This document shows positions 48,502 through 60,548 of a stretch of 64,000 nt of DNA, piece by piece. A program made the position numbers and the translations under genes. The DNA comes from Scenedesmus sp. PABB004 (lineage: Eukaryota), in assembly GCA_014905635.1 (NCBI GenBank), contig CM026548.1, forward strand, positions 558,001 through 622,000, read 5' to 3'. Position 1 is the stretch's first letter, and every line of letters starts with the position of its first letter. The notes beneath the pieces were generated by a model. It was not told the DNA's origin. It searched no databases and saw nothing but the letters and a program-made list of their open reading frames with translations.

Positions 48502-51500
48502 TCACTTGCCCGGCACGATGAGGTTGAGGATCTTGCCGGGCACGTAGATGACCTTTTTGACCTCCTTGCCCTCGACCTGCTTCGCCACGTTGGGCAGCCC
48601 CCGCGCCGCGGCGAGCGCGTCGTCCTGGCTCGCGGCCACGCCGAGCTCCACCGTGCCGCGCATCTTGCCGTTGACCTGGCGCGGCGCGGCCGGGGTCGGC
48701 GCGGCGCGGCGGCGGTCGGTCGCGCTGCGTGCTCGACGCGGCGCAGCGCGGCGCGGCGCGGCGCACGAGCCGCCGCGCGCGCGGCGGCGGCGGGGGCGGC
48801 GGCGCACCTGCACCGGCAGGTTGATCGTGTCGACGACCAGCAGCGACTCGTCCGCCTCGGGCCAGGGCTCGTACGCGAGGCTCGCCCCGTGCCCCAGCCG
48901 CGCCCACAGCTCCTCCGCGAGGTGCGGCGCGTACGGGCTCAGCAGCAGCACAAACGGCTCCAGCGCGGCGCGCGGCCTGCGCGGCGGCGGCGGCGGCGGG
49001 CGCTCGGGCCGCGCCGCGCGGCGCCCTCCCTGCGCGGCGGCCGCGGCGTGCGGGCCCAGCCAGCAGCGCCGAGCCACGCGCCCGGCGCGCCCCGCGTGCC
49101 TCCCTGGGCGCCGCCCGCCCGCCGCCCCGGCGCCGCGCCGGCGCACCGGCTGTCCCACTTGTACACAGCGTTGACAAACTCCATCATCGCCGCGATGGCG
49201 GTGTTGAATCGCAGCTCCTCCGTCTCAACCGTGACCTTCTTGATCGCGCCGTGCAGCGCGCGCAGCTGCTCCCGGCTCGGCGCCTCGTCGCTCACCTGCG
49301 CGGCCGCGGCGGCGGCGGGGGCGGCGGCACGGTGCGGCGGCACACGTCTGCGGTTGCGCCCCGCGCGCCGTGCGCGGCGAGCGGCTCTGGCACGCGGGCG
49401 AGCCCCGCCCCGCCCGCGGAGGCGCGCGCGGCCTCACCCCGGCCTCAAACGCGCGGTACACGCGCGCCAGGAAGCGGTGCACGCCCTCCACGCCGCGCGT
49501 GTTCCACACCTGCCGTGGCCGCGCGCGCGGCAAGCGGGCGGGCGTGAGCGAGCGTGCTGGCCGCGCGTCGCCGCCGCCGCCGCCGCCGCTCGCGCCCGTG
49601 CCTCGGCCCCCGCCCCCGCCCACGCGGCCCCGCGCCCGCGCTGCGCCGCGCCGCGCGGCCGCGCGCGCCTTGGTGTCGCGCAGGGGCCCCATGAACATCT
49701 CATACAGGCGCAGGCTGTCGCCGCCATAGGCGCTGACCACGTCATCCGGGTTGACCACGTTGCCGCGTGACTTGCTCATCTTGTGCGCGCGCGCGCCCAC
49801 GCGCACCGACGGGTCGGACCGCAGCACGTAGCCGTCGCCGCGCTTGTCGACGTCCGCCTCGGACACCTGTGTTTTGGGGCAGGGCGGGCGCGCGCGCGCG
49901 TGTGGGGAGGGCGAGCACGGGCGCGGCGCGGGGACTGCGCTGCGCCGCGGCGCCCGGGCGAGCAAGCCGGACCCCCGCGCCGCGCGCCGCGCCGCACCCG
50001 CACGACCGTCGCGTCGGGCGCGTCGTCGGCGCAGGGCCGCCCGTCGGGGCCGACCGCGTAGCTGAATTCCACCTCGCCCAGGATCATGCCCTGGCTCACC
50101 AGCCGCGCAAAGGGCTCCTTGGTCGACACGACGCCCAGGTCGTACAACACCTGGCGGCCGGGCGGTTCGAACGCACGGCACGGGGCGGGTGGGCGGGCGG
50201 GCGGGCGTGCGCGCGGGCGGCCGCCGCGGGTCGCGGCCGGCGCGCGGCAACGCGCGCGCGCCACAAACACACTCGCCCCGTTGTGTCACAACTCCACCAC
50301 AAACCAGCTCGAGGCGAAGCACGCGCGACAAACACAAAACAAGTGCGTCACGACCGAGCACGGCAGGCGGCCCACCTTGTGCCAGACGCGCGCGTAGAGC
50401 AGGTGCAGCACACGCGGCAGACACGAAGAACAAAAGAACAAACACAAAGGAACAATGCAGACGCCACGGCGCGGCAGGCGGCGCACCTTGTGCCAGAAGC
50501 GTGCGTGGAGGAGGTGCAGCACACGCAGACAACACAACAAAAGAACAAAAGAACAAAACACACAGGAGCAATGTCTGCACAGACGCCACGGCGCGGCAGG
50601 CGGCGCACCTTGTGCCAGAAGCGTGCGTAGAGGAGGTGCAGCACCGCGTGCTCCGCGCCGCCGACGTAGAGGTCGACGGGCATCCAGTACGCCTCGAGCG
50701 CGGGGTCGACCGGCGCGCCGGGGTTTTGGGGGTCGATGAACCGCAGGTAGTACCAGCACGACCCCGCCCACTGCGGCATCGTCGACGTCTCGCGCCGCGC
50801 CGGCCGGCCTGGCGGTGTGTCGGTTGGGCGGCGCGCGCGCGCGCGCGCGCGCGGCGGCGGCGGCGGCGGCGTGGGCACGCGGGGCGGGTATGTGTGCGGC
50901 GGACGGGGCCCGGGCGCGGCGGCGCGCCCCGCACGCGGCGGCGCGCGGGCCGCGCGGCGGCCGCACCCGTGGCGGGGTCGGTCGTGTTGACCCACGACTT
51001 GATCGCCGCGAGGGGGCTCTCCGGCGTGCCGCTCGGCTTGAACTGGTCCGTCACGGGGAGCTCGAGCGGCAGGCTCTCCTCCGGCACCGCGACCGGCGAC
51101 CCGTCGCCGCCCTCGGGGTAAATGAGTGGGAAGGGCTCGCCCCAGTAGCGCTGCCGCGCAAAGAGCCAGTCGCGGAGCTTGTAGTTGACCTGGGGCGGGC
51201 GGGGAGGGCGGGGAGGGAGGGTGGGCGGGGAGTGCGGGGAGGGTGGGCGGGGAGGGGGCGTGGCCGAGCCGCGCGCGCGGGGCCGGGCGTGGCGGCTGGG
51301 CCCCGCGCCGGCGGCCGGGCGGCGGCCGGGCGGCGGCCGGGCGGCGGCCGGGCGGCGGCCGGGCGGCGGCCGGGCGCACCTGGCGCTTGCCGATGCCGCG
51401 CGCCTCGAGCCACGCAATCGCCTGCGGCGGGCAGCGCGGGCGGGCGCGGGCGCGGGCGTGGGCGTGGGCTTGGACGACGGCGCGTGCGGGCAGGGCCGAG

Positions 51501-54365
51501 GGCGCGCGCCGCTCGGCCCGGCGCCGCCGCGCCGCCGCGCACCGCGTCCTTGGCCTCCGCCGTGGGCAGGCCGTCGATGCCGAGGCCGCCGCCGCCCGCG
51601 GCGCCGCTGCCGACCGCGACGCCGGGCTCGCAAAACGGCAGCGCGCCGTCGCCGCCGCCGTCGCCGCCGGCGTCGCCGACCGCCGGCGCGACGACGCGCA
51701 CGACGGGCAGCCCAAACTTGGCCGCAAACTCGTGGTCCCGCGCGTCGTGGGCGGGCACCGCCATGATGGCGCCGCTGCCGTACCCGCCGAGCACGTAGTC
51801 GGCCACCCACACCGGGATGGGCGACCCGGTCGCAGGGTTGACCGCGTAGGAGCCTGCCGGGACGGCGGGCGGGCGGGAGGGAGCGCGGCGGGCGGGCGGG
51901 CGTGCGTGTGTGCGCGTGAGGGGCGCGGGTTGCGTGCGTGCGAGGGGCGGGTTGTGTGTGAGGGGCGGGCGGCGGCGCGCGGGCGGGCGCGCGGCGCGGC
52001 GCGGCGCGGCGCGGCGGGCCGCGCCTGTGAAGACGCCCGACTTGTCCTTCTGCAGCTCCGACCGCTCGCGCTCGCTCTTGTGCATCGCCGCCGCCACGTA
52101 CGCCGCGACGGCCGCCTCCTGCCCGCCCGCCGCGAGGCCCTGGGCGAGCAGCGGGTGCTCCGGCGCGACGACCATGTAGGTCGCCCCCGCGAGCGTGTCG
52201 GGGCGCGTGGTATAGACGGACAGGCTCGCGCCCGCCGGCAGCGCGCTGCCCGCGCCGGGCTGCACCGCGAACGTGATCTCCGCGCCCTGTGCGGCGCGGC
52301 GGCCGGGCGGCGGCAGGGGGGGGGGGTCAGCGGCCTGCGAGGGTCGGCCCAGGGGGCGCGCGCGCGCGGCCGGCCGGCGGCAGCGCCCCTCCCTCCCGCC
52401 CTCGGCGGCGCGCGCCGCGCGCGCCGCCCCCGCGCCGCGCCCGTCTCCCCCCGACGCGCGCGACACTCCCGCGCGCCCCGCCCCCCGCCCCGCCGCCGGC
52501 CGCGCAGCCCGCGCCGCCGCGGCCCGCGCCGCACACACACGCACACGCACGCACACACACGCCCACACCTCTGAGCGCCCGATCCAGTTGCGCTGCATGT
52601 CCTTGATGCTGTCCGCCCAGTCGAGGCCGTCCAGGTCCTCCAGCAGGCGGTCGGCGTAGGCGGTGATGCGCAGCATCCACTGCTTCATAGGCAGACGCAC
52701 CTGGCGGACGCGGCGGCGGCGCGCGGGGGACGCGGCGGACGCGGCCGCGGCGGACGCGGCGGGCTCGGGGCGGGAGGGCGGCGCCGCCGGCGGGCGAGCG
52801 CGCCGCGGCTGGGCCGTCGACCCCAAACCTCACACCCGTCTCCCGACCCGCTGAGCGGCGCTCGAGCCTCGCCCCCAAACCGCGCCCTCAACCCTAAACC
52901 CCGGCCCCCTCTACACCTCCGTCCCCTAAACCCCGCCGTCGCTAACCCCGCGCCGCACCACGGGGTGCCCGCCGCGCTCGCTCTTGCCGTCGATGACCTC
53001 CTCGTTCGCCAGCACCGTGCCGAGCGCGGGGCACCAGTTCACGGGCACCTCCGCCTGGTACGCGAGGCCGCGCTTGAAGAGCTGCAGGAAAATCCACTGC
53101 GTCCATCTGGGGGCGGGGCACGGGCGGGGACGAGGGAGGGGGGAGGGCGCGCGCGGGCGGGCGGGAGTGCGGGGTGGGCGAGAGTCGGCGAGGTCAGAGG
53201 GGGCGGGAGCAAGTGAGTGGGGGCGCGGGCGCCGCGCGGCGTGCTCACTTGTAGTAGCCCGGGTCGGTGGTCGACACCTCGCGCTGCCAGTCGTAGCTGA
53301 AGCCGAGGCTCTTCAGCTGCCGCCGGAAGCTGCGCGGCGCGGCGGCGGGCGCGGGCGCGCGCTCGGCGGGCGCGGGCGCGCGCTCGGCGCGCGCCCCTCG
53401 GCGCCGCGCGCGCGGGCGCGCGCCTCCGCCCCGCCCGCGCGCCTCCGCCCCGCCCGCGGCGCCGCCGTGCGGCACACCGGTCGATGTTTGCGCGCGTCGT
53501 GTCGGCGGGGTGCGTGCCCGTCTGCAGCGCGTACTGCTCCGCGGGCAGGCCGAAGGCGTCCCAGCCCATCGGGTGCAGCACGTTGAAGCCACGCATGCGC
53601 TTGTAGCGCGCGGTAATGTCGGTCGCGGTGTAGCCCTCGGGGTGGCCTACGTGCAGCCCCGCGCCGCTGCGGCGCGCGGCGCAGCGGCCGGCGGGGCGGG
53701 CGCGGGCTGGGTGCGGGCGCGCGGGCGCCGCCGACGCCTGGCCGCCGCTGGCGCCGAGGCCCAGGCGCGCGCGCGCTGCGCGGGCCGCTGGCCCGGCAAC
53801 GCGCCCTTTGCCCGTCTGCTGCGTGCCAGGCCTGTGCCCGGTCTGTGGTGTGCCCGGCCTGTGCTCTGCGAGTGCTCTGCCAGTGCTTTCCTGCGCGCGG
53901 CCTGTGCTCCGCCTGTGCTCCGCCTCTGACCGGCCTGTGGTGCTCTCTCTCTCTCTGCCTGTGGCCTCACCTGGGGTAGGGGAACATGTCGAGCACGTAG
54001 TACTTGGGCTTGCTCGTGTCCACGGCCTCGGGCGTGCGGAACGTCTGCTGCTCCTCCCAGTACGCCTGCCAGCGCGCTTCGATGTCCGCAAACGGGTAGC
54101 CCCCCGCGGCGGCGGGCCCGCCCGCGTCGCCGCCCGGCTCCGACGCCGTCAAGGGCGCCACGGGGTCGGCCACGGCGGGGCGCGGGCGCGCCGCGGCGGC
54201 GCGGCGCGCGAGCGGCGCCGCGCGGGCGGCGGCAGCAGCGGCGCCGCGGCCGCCGGCGTGCAGGCGCGCCCAGCCGGTCAGGCCGGCCGCCAGGGCGCGC
54301 ATGGAGGTGGGCGCGGGCCGCGTGGTCGGTGTAGCGCCGCTCAATTGCCGGCCCGCGAGCGCCAT
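48502..54365 (-). CDS. leuS: Leucyl-tRNA synthetase, organellar (bacterial type)
   Basis: [41 protein letters not shown] (CP1), [54 protein letters not shown] and the C-terminal VQVNGK...[12 protein letters not shown]. Confidence 0.97.
50359..50650 (-). repeat. Tandem triplication (period 122 and 111 bp) of a LeuRS exon 3' end plus splice donor, inside an intron
   Basis: Three copies of GTGCTGCACCT.CTC.ACGC.CGC.TCTGGCACAAG|GTG.GCCGCCTGCCG on the minus strand, with donors at 50608, 50486 and 50375. Confidence 0.92.
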
Positions 54366-54903
54366 TTGCGGCTCGCGAGTGCTGCTGCTGCGGTCGGGCC
54401 TGGCGCGGCGACTGAGGGCCTCAGCGGCGGCCCATTGGCGCCGGAGAGGCAGCGTCGGGTCTCTGGCAATGCACGCGGGCCAGCGGGCGGCGGCGCTGGG
54501 GGCGGCGCCGGTGCCGGCGGCGGCGTGTGGGCGCCAGGGCGCAGCCGCTCGCGACGGCGCGCGCGCAGCGGCAGCACGGGGCGCCCGGCCTGGCACCGAG
54601 GCCGCCCTCCATCAACTTGGGCGCGCTGCTGCGTGCGGCACGGCGCACGGATGCCGGGGCAAGCAAAAAGCGCGTCACCGCGCGGCCTGACCACTCGGGG
54701 TGCCCCAGCTTGTGCAGCTGGGGCGCGTGCGTTCGCGGCCGCCGCCCGACGCCGACTGAGTCAGTCCAGTCCCAAGGCCCCCCCCCCTCAGCGCCTGCGT
54801 CAGTCAGCCGGCCGGGCGGTCAATAAATCAATCGCCCCCTCGCCGCAGTGCAGTCTCCAGGGCGCGGCGCCACCGTCGCAGGCGCTCCCGCATCGCCGCC
54901 GGC

Positions 54904-55475
54904 TCACACGATGCCTGCGCGGCGCGGCGGGCGGGCGGGCGTGAGCGGGCGTGGTGGCGCGTGGCACGGCCGCCGCGGCGCGGCCGCTGCGCCCAGCCGC
55001 TCGCCGCGCGCCGCGCGCTCTCGCGCGCCGTCGCGCACCCTTGGTGCCGCGGTTGCTGCGGCGGCCGCCGATGCAGCCGCAGCAGGTCGCGACCATCGAC
55101 CAGATGCTCGCGAGGCACATGAGGCCGAAGAGGCCGCACGCGACAAAGCTGAGGATGGGGATGAGCTGCCGCCACTCGGGGCGCGGCACCGCGGCGCTCT
55201 GGAGCTTGTGATAGTAGTTGAAGATCACGCCTGGGAGAGGGAGAGAGGGGGGGAGAGAGAGAGGGAGGGCGGGAGGGAGAGAGAGAGGGGAGGGGGTGAG
55301 CGGCGGAGCAACGGCGGGGCAAGCGGGTGCCCGGCGCGGCCGCGAGGCGCGCGCAGCGCGGCGCCGCACCCGCGACCACCCAGAGCACGGTGCCCGCGGC
55401 GGCGAAAAGGCAGTCCAGCACCGACCCGAGGCCGCACAGGTTGCAGGTGCAGCACTGCAGGATGCTCAGGACGCC

Positions 55476-55510
<35 letters not shown>

Positions 55511-56254
55511 GGCGCGGGTGGGCAGAGGGCCGCGCACGCGTGAGCGCGCGCGCTGCTGGCGGCGCGCTGCTGGCGGCGCGTGCTGCCGGCGGCGCGCTGC
55601 TGTTGAGCACGCGCGCTGCTACTGCGCACGCGCGCTGCTGTTGAGCACGGGGTCGCGCACCAGTGGCGATGATGGAGATGCCGCTGACGATGTAAGCAAA
55701 GTAGCAGAGGTTGGCGCCGTTGTCGGTCGTGCCGAGCAGGCAGACGTTGGACACGTCCGCCGCAAACGTCGCGCCGTCGAGGCCGACGTGCACGCGGTGC
55801 AGGCGCAGCGCGGTGATGACGATGATCGCCGCCGCGACGCCCGCCTGGCGCCGGCAGGCAGGCGCGCGGCGGCGACGGCGCGGGCGCGGGGCGTGTTAAG
55901 GCGGCCGCGGCGGCCGGGGTGCAGGCGCCTGGCGGAGGGGCTGCTGGGCCTGGGGCTGCGCCGCCGCCGCCGCGCGCAGCGGTTGCGGCAGCTGCCGGTT
56001 GCAGCTCCGCCGCCACACCGCGCCGCGCGCGTGGCGGGGGCGCGGGTGCCCGAGGCGGTGCGAGGTCGATGGTACAGCCTCCCGGGCGCGCGTGCCGGCA
56101 CAGCGGCGGCCGCCTGGCGCGGAGAAGGAGCTGCGAAAGCTGCCGGCATGGAAGCTGCCCGCCCCGCCCTGGCCGCGCAACCGCACTGCCCGGCGAGCCG
56201 CACCTGCAGAAAGCACGCCAGCCCCGCCAGGCAGGACGAGCGAGAGAAGCCCAT
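54904..56254 (-). CDS. Four-TM Cys-rich membrane protein (MARVEL/CASP-like topology)
   Basis: Spliced: MGFSRSSCLAGLACFLQ/AGVAAAIIVIT...NVCLLG...NLCYFAYIVSGISIIAT/GVLSILQCCTCNLCGLG...LWVVA/GVIF...PEWRQLIPILSFVACGLFG...GTK/GIV*, with four hydrophobic segments. Confidence 0.8.
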
Positions 56255-56731
56255 GGCGCCCTGGGCGCGAAGCTGGCTGCTTTTGCTGCACGGCCCGGGC
56301 GCTGTGTGCGGTGTGTGCGCTTGCTGTTGCTCGGAGCGTGTCGGGGAGGGCGGCGCGGTCGCTGGAGAGGCCCGCTGAGCGGCTCTTTATCGCGGCGCAA
56401 AGGTTGAGGTTGAAGCGCATTTGGTCACCAAATTTTGGTGGCCGCGCTTCCGCAGCCGCTCCCGCTGCTCCCGCGGTGTCGTGTCGTCCCCCTAGCACCG
56501 CAACGGCAGCGCAGCTCGGCGGCACGCCCGCCGGCGCGGCGCCCTCCCTCTGCTGCCCTGCGGCGCTCCCTGCCGCCCGCGGACGCGCCCCGGGCGGGCG
56601 ATCATCGTGCGGGGTCGAAGGGGCGAGCAGCCCCGGCCCGGCGGCGCGCCGCCGCCCGGCGTGCAGCAGCGAGCGGCGCTGCTCCGAGCAGCGCCGCGGC
56701 GCGGTGCCGGTCGCGCCGCGCCGCCTGCGAC

Positions 56732-57793
56732 ATGCCTCCCCGCGTGCCTGCCCTTCTCCTGCTCGCCCTGGCGGCGGTACTGGCGCGGTGCGCGGCGCCG
56801 CCGCCGGCAGCAGCGGCGGCGGCACCGCCGGCAGCAGCGGCGGCGGCGCCCCCGCGATCAGCGGCGACGCTCACCTGCTGGACGACCGTCCCGGTCGCGC
56901 CCGGGCAGCGCCCGCTGGCGTCGCCCGTGGCCTACGACGCCGCGCGCTACCAGCTGTGCGTTCGCTACTCGGTGCGCTGCAGCGCGGACAACCCGAGCTG
57001 CCTCGCCGCCGAGGCGGTGGCGGGGACGCTGCGCACCTACTACACCGCCGCGACGGCCGCCACGTGCCGCGCGCTCTTGAGCAACGCGGAGGCGCTCCGC
57101 GTGCGCGGCGTGCTGTGCTGCCCCGCGCCGGGCTGCAACAGGCCCGACCCCGCGCGCGACCCGTCGACGCTCGCGGTGAGCGACACGTGGCTCAGCCGCG
57201 CGCAGCGCCCGCCGCAGCGCAAGGCGGCGGTCGCGGGCGGCACGGCGCCCGCGGGGCCCGGCGGCACGGTGCCCGCGGGGCCCGGCGCCGCGGCGCCGCG
57301 CGCCGGCGTCGTCGCGGCCGCGCCGCGCGCCGGCAATGCGAGCGACGCCGGCGCCGACGAGGACGGCGGCCCGGCGCACGCGATCGTGTGCGTGCACAGC
57401 CTGCCGCGCACGGCAGGACGGCACCCAGCGGCGGCGGCGCTTGTGTTCACGGCGCCCGAGCTCACGCTCTGCTCCGCGCACGAGGCGCGCTGCGCGGCCG
57501 GCGCGCCGGGGTGCACCCCGGACGAGGCCAAGGCCGGCGCGTGGGTGTGGCGCTACTCCGCCGCGAGCCCGGCGAGCTGCGAGGCGCTGGAGGCCGCCGC
57601 GGCGCGCCCCGGCGCGGGCGTGCGGCACGTCGCGTGCTGCGGCGCGGGCGCGGGGTGCAACGCGCCTGACCCGGCGCTCGACCCGCGCACGCGCGTGGTG
57701 CCGGCGGCGAGCCTGCCGCCGCAGCTGCTGCTGGTCGTGCCGCCGCGCGGGGGCGCGGGCGCGGGCGCGGGCGGGCGGCGCGCGCTGGCCTGA
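56732..57793 (+). CDS. Intronless secreted protein (353 aa) with two tandem 8-Cys domains resembling Ly6/uPAR (three-finger) domains
   Basis: Signal peptide MPPRVPALLLLALAAVLARCAA. Domain 1 is LTCW...LC..Y..RC-x6-C...Y.AA..ATC..L...LCCPAPGCNRPDP. Domain 2 is IVCV...LC...RC-x6-C...Y.AA..ASC..L...ACCGAGAGCNAPDP. Confidence 0.8.
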   Translation: MPPRVPALLLLALAAVLARCAAPPPAAAAAAPPAAAAAAPPRSAATLTCWTTVPVAPGQRPLASPVAYDAARYQLCVRYSVRCSADNPSCLAAEAVAGTLRTYYTAATAATCRALLSNAEALRVRGVLCCPAPGCNRPDPARDPSTLAVSDTWLSRAQRPPQRKAAVAGGTAPAGPGGTVPAGPGAAAPRAGVVAAAPRAGNASDAGADEDGGPAHAIVCVHSLPRTAGRHPAAAALVFTAPELTLCSAHEARCAAGAPGCTPDEAKAGAWVWRYSAASPASCEALEAAAARPGAGVRHVACCGAGAGCNAPDPALDPRTRVVPAASLPPQLLLVVPPRGGAGAGAGGRRALA

Positions 57794-57817
57794 CCTCGCG
57801 GGACGGGAGCGCGTGGG

Positions 57818-57822
57818 TTACA
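57818..57822 (-). promoter_or_regulatory. TGTAA green-algal polyadenylation signal, probably for the PAQR gene
   Basis: TTACA on the plus strand about 520 nt downstream of the PAQR stop. TGTAA is the known chlorophyte poly(A) signal and is rare in this GC-rich DNA. Confidence 0.55.
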
Positions 57823-58343
57823 TCTTGCTCCCGAGCGCACACCCGGCCGCTGCCGCGGCAAGATCACACGCCGGACCCGTGCCGGACCCGTGCGCTGGCT
57901 GGCTAGGCCGAGTGAGTGCTTCGCGCAGCGACTCTGCTAAGGAGGACAGATCCGGAGTGCAGTGCAAGTGCTGTCGACGCGCAGCTTTCCAGGCGAGCGC
58001 GCGCCGCTGCGCACGCCGCCGCCGCTTCTTGCCAGTGCGCCCGTCGCAGCGCTCCCCCCGCGCTGTACAGCTAAGCACACCGGAGCCGCGCCATGCACAA
58101 AACGCTCCTGCTGCTGCGCCCCGCTGGACCGGCGCCGGCGCCGCGGGCGCGCCGGAGCATACGGGAGAGAGAGAGAGACGACGACGACGACGACCGCGGC
58201 CCGCGGCCCCCCAGGGGACGGCGGCGGGGCGGAGCGACCGCACGTACACGCGCCGCCGCCCCCGGCCGAGCCGTGCTGACAAAGAGACAACCCAACAACG
58301 CGCGCCGCCGCCACGCAGCAATCGGCAGCGCCGCGCCCGCGGC

Positions 58344-60548
58344 TCACAGCGCCGCGCCCGCGGCCGCCGCGGCGGCGAGCTGCTGCGCCAGGCGGCTCTC
58401 GAGCGTGTCCCACACGGCGTCGATGCCGGGCAGCGGCGCCTGCCCCGCGGCCGCCGCGGCGGCAAGCACGTCGGCGAGCGGGCCGTTGACGCGGCCGGGC
58501 GCGGCGCAGCCGCCGCTCGCGTCGCGCCACTGCAGGAGGATGAGTATCGCGCGGTAGTGCACCAGCGCCGCCGCGACGACGGCGGCGTGCCAGAGCTGGT
58601 GGGAGTGGCCGAGGATGTCGAAGCGCCCCGGGTACCAGCGCTCCGGCACGCGCGTCGCGTAGATCGCCGCGCCCGCCTGGCGCGCGGCGGCGGCGGCGGC
58701 GGCGGCGCGGGGGAGCGAGCGGCGGCGCGGCGCGCGGGCGCGTCGGAAGGCGCGCGGCGCGCGGCTGCGGTCGCCGGCGCCGCCGCTGAAACCACCGCCG
58801 CCAAACCACCGCTGCCGCGCGCGGCGCCGCTGCGCACCAGGTATATTGCGCCCATGAATATGTCCAGTTGGAACGCGGCGCGGATGGCCCACACGTGCCC
58901 GCTGGTCAGCAGCAGGTGGGTGACGGGCACGACGCCCCACGCGCCGAGCATCGTGAACAGCCCCGCGCGCGCGGCGCGGTAGTGCCGCGCCTGGAAGCAG
59001 CTCGGCAGCGACAGCGCGACCACGACGACGCCTGCGGCGCCCCGGCGGCGGGGCGCGGCGCGGGTGGGCCGGCGCGCGCGGCGCACGCGCTCCTCCCTCT
59101 CGCGCCCTTCTTCGCCGCTCTCGCTCCTCCCTCCCTCCCTCCCTCCCGGCCTGCCCCGCCTGCCTCCCGCGCGCACGCCGCCGACCTCCCCGCCGCCGTC
59201 CCGCGCGCGCTGTCCCGCGCGCGCCCTCCCGCGCGTGCCCTCCCCCCCGCGGCGCCCACCCATGCTGACGGTGGTCGCGAGGTAGAAGTTTCGCCAAAAG
59301 GCGTTGCAGAGGAAGGCGTAGTACATGGCCGGCACAAAGCTCGCGACGATGAGCACGGCGATGCCGGCGTAGTCAAAGCGCCAGACCATCTCGCTGATGT
59401 GCCGCGCGCAGCAGCCAAGCAGGTGGCACGTGCCGCTCGTGAGCAGGCAGACGCACGCGCCGGCAAAGTAGACGTACACCGGCCAGCGCGGGACGGGCCA
59501 CTGCACGATGGGCGCGAGCTGCGCGCGCAGCGCGGCGCGCAGGCCGACGCCGAGCCCCGCCGCGCGGCTGTGCAGGCGCGCCTCGGCCGCGGCCAGGCCG
59601 TCCTGCAGGGTGTGCAGCCGCTGGCCGACCGCCGCGCCGACGGCGTGCAGGTTGCCCTGCACGCCGTCCGCGAGCGCGTGCACGCGGTCGCCGAGGTGCA
59701 GCCGCTCCTCCAGCGCGTGCACGCGCTGCCCCAGCCGCTCCTCGAGCGCGTGCACGCGGTCTCCGAGGTGCAGCCGCTCCTCCAGCGCGTGCACGCGCGC
59801 GCCGACGCTGTGCGACAGCTCCGCCAGCAGCCCCTCCACGTGCTCCGCCGTCACCGCGAGCGGCGTGGGCGGGTGCGCGGCAAAATACCAGGCGAGCGCG
59901 ACAAACAGCAAAAAGCCTGCGGCGGGGAGAGCGCGGGGAGGTCAGCACAGGCAGCGGCGGCGGCGGCGCCCGAGGGAAGCAGCCCGGCCTGCGCGCCGCG
60001 CCGCACCCAGGAAGTGCGTCCACACGTTGCCGGTCTCGTTGTGCAGGCTGAACAGGCTGCGTACGCTGCCGCGGATGGACTGCTCGGGCCGGTAGCTGCC
60101 CACGATGTACCTGCGGCGCGGGGCAGCAGCAGCAGCAGCAGCAGGCGCCGCGGCAGCGGCCACACGGTGAGCGGCGCGCCAGGCTGCGGGTGCCAGAAGC
60201 CGCGCACGCGGCGCCATGCGTGCCGCTGATGCTGCTGGCGCGCCGGCCGCGGCCTTGGGGCGGCCACCGCCACGACACGGCCGCGCGAACGCTGCAGCGC
60301 GCGCCGCCCGCCCGCCGCCGCGCAGCCGCCGCCCGGGCTCACTCGTTGTCCTTGAGGAAGTCGGGGAGGTCGCTGAAGCTCACGCTGCGCTGGCCCAGTC
60401 CCGGGGCGCTGCTGCGCGCCGCGCCGCGGCGACGTCGGGCGATGCCGCTGCCGTCCCCGCTCGCTGCGCGCAGCGCAGCCTCACGCGGCTCCCCGGCCAC
60501 CGTAGCGCGCCGGCGAGGCATTGTGGCGTCGCTGGGAGCGCCAGCCAT
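58344..60548 (-). CDS. PAQR/heptahelical transmembrane protein (AdipoR/HlyIII family)
   Basis: LPDFLKDNE/YIVGSYR, HNETGNVWTHFL, SGTCHLLGC, FDYAGI and PERWYPGRFDILGHSHQLWH. Confidence 0.95.

Noticed and set aside
50359..50650. Repeat-spacer pattern resembling a CRISPR array
   Set aside because: The repeats are copies of the LeuRS exon/donor, the spacers are related to each other, the context is eukaryotic, and no cas genes are present.
53815..53965. Degenerate CCTGTGC/CTGTGCTC minisatellite in a LeuRS intron
   Set aside because: It is a real but ordinary intronic low-complexity repeat with no element hallmarks.
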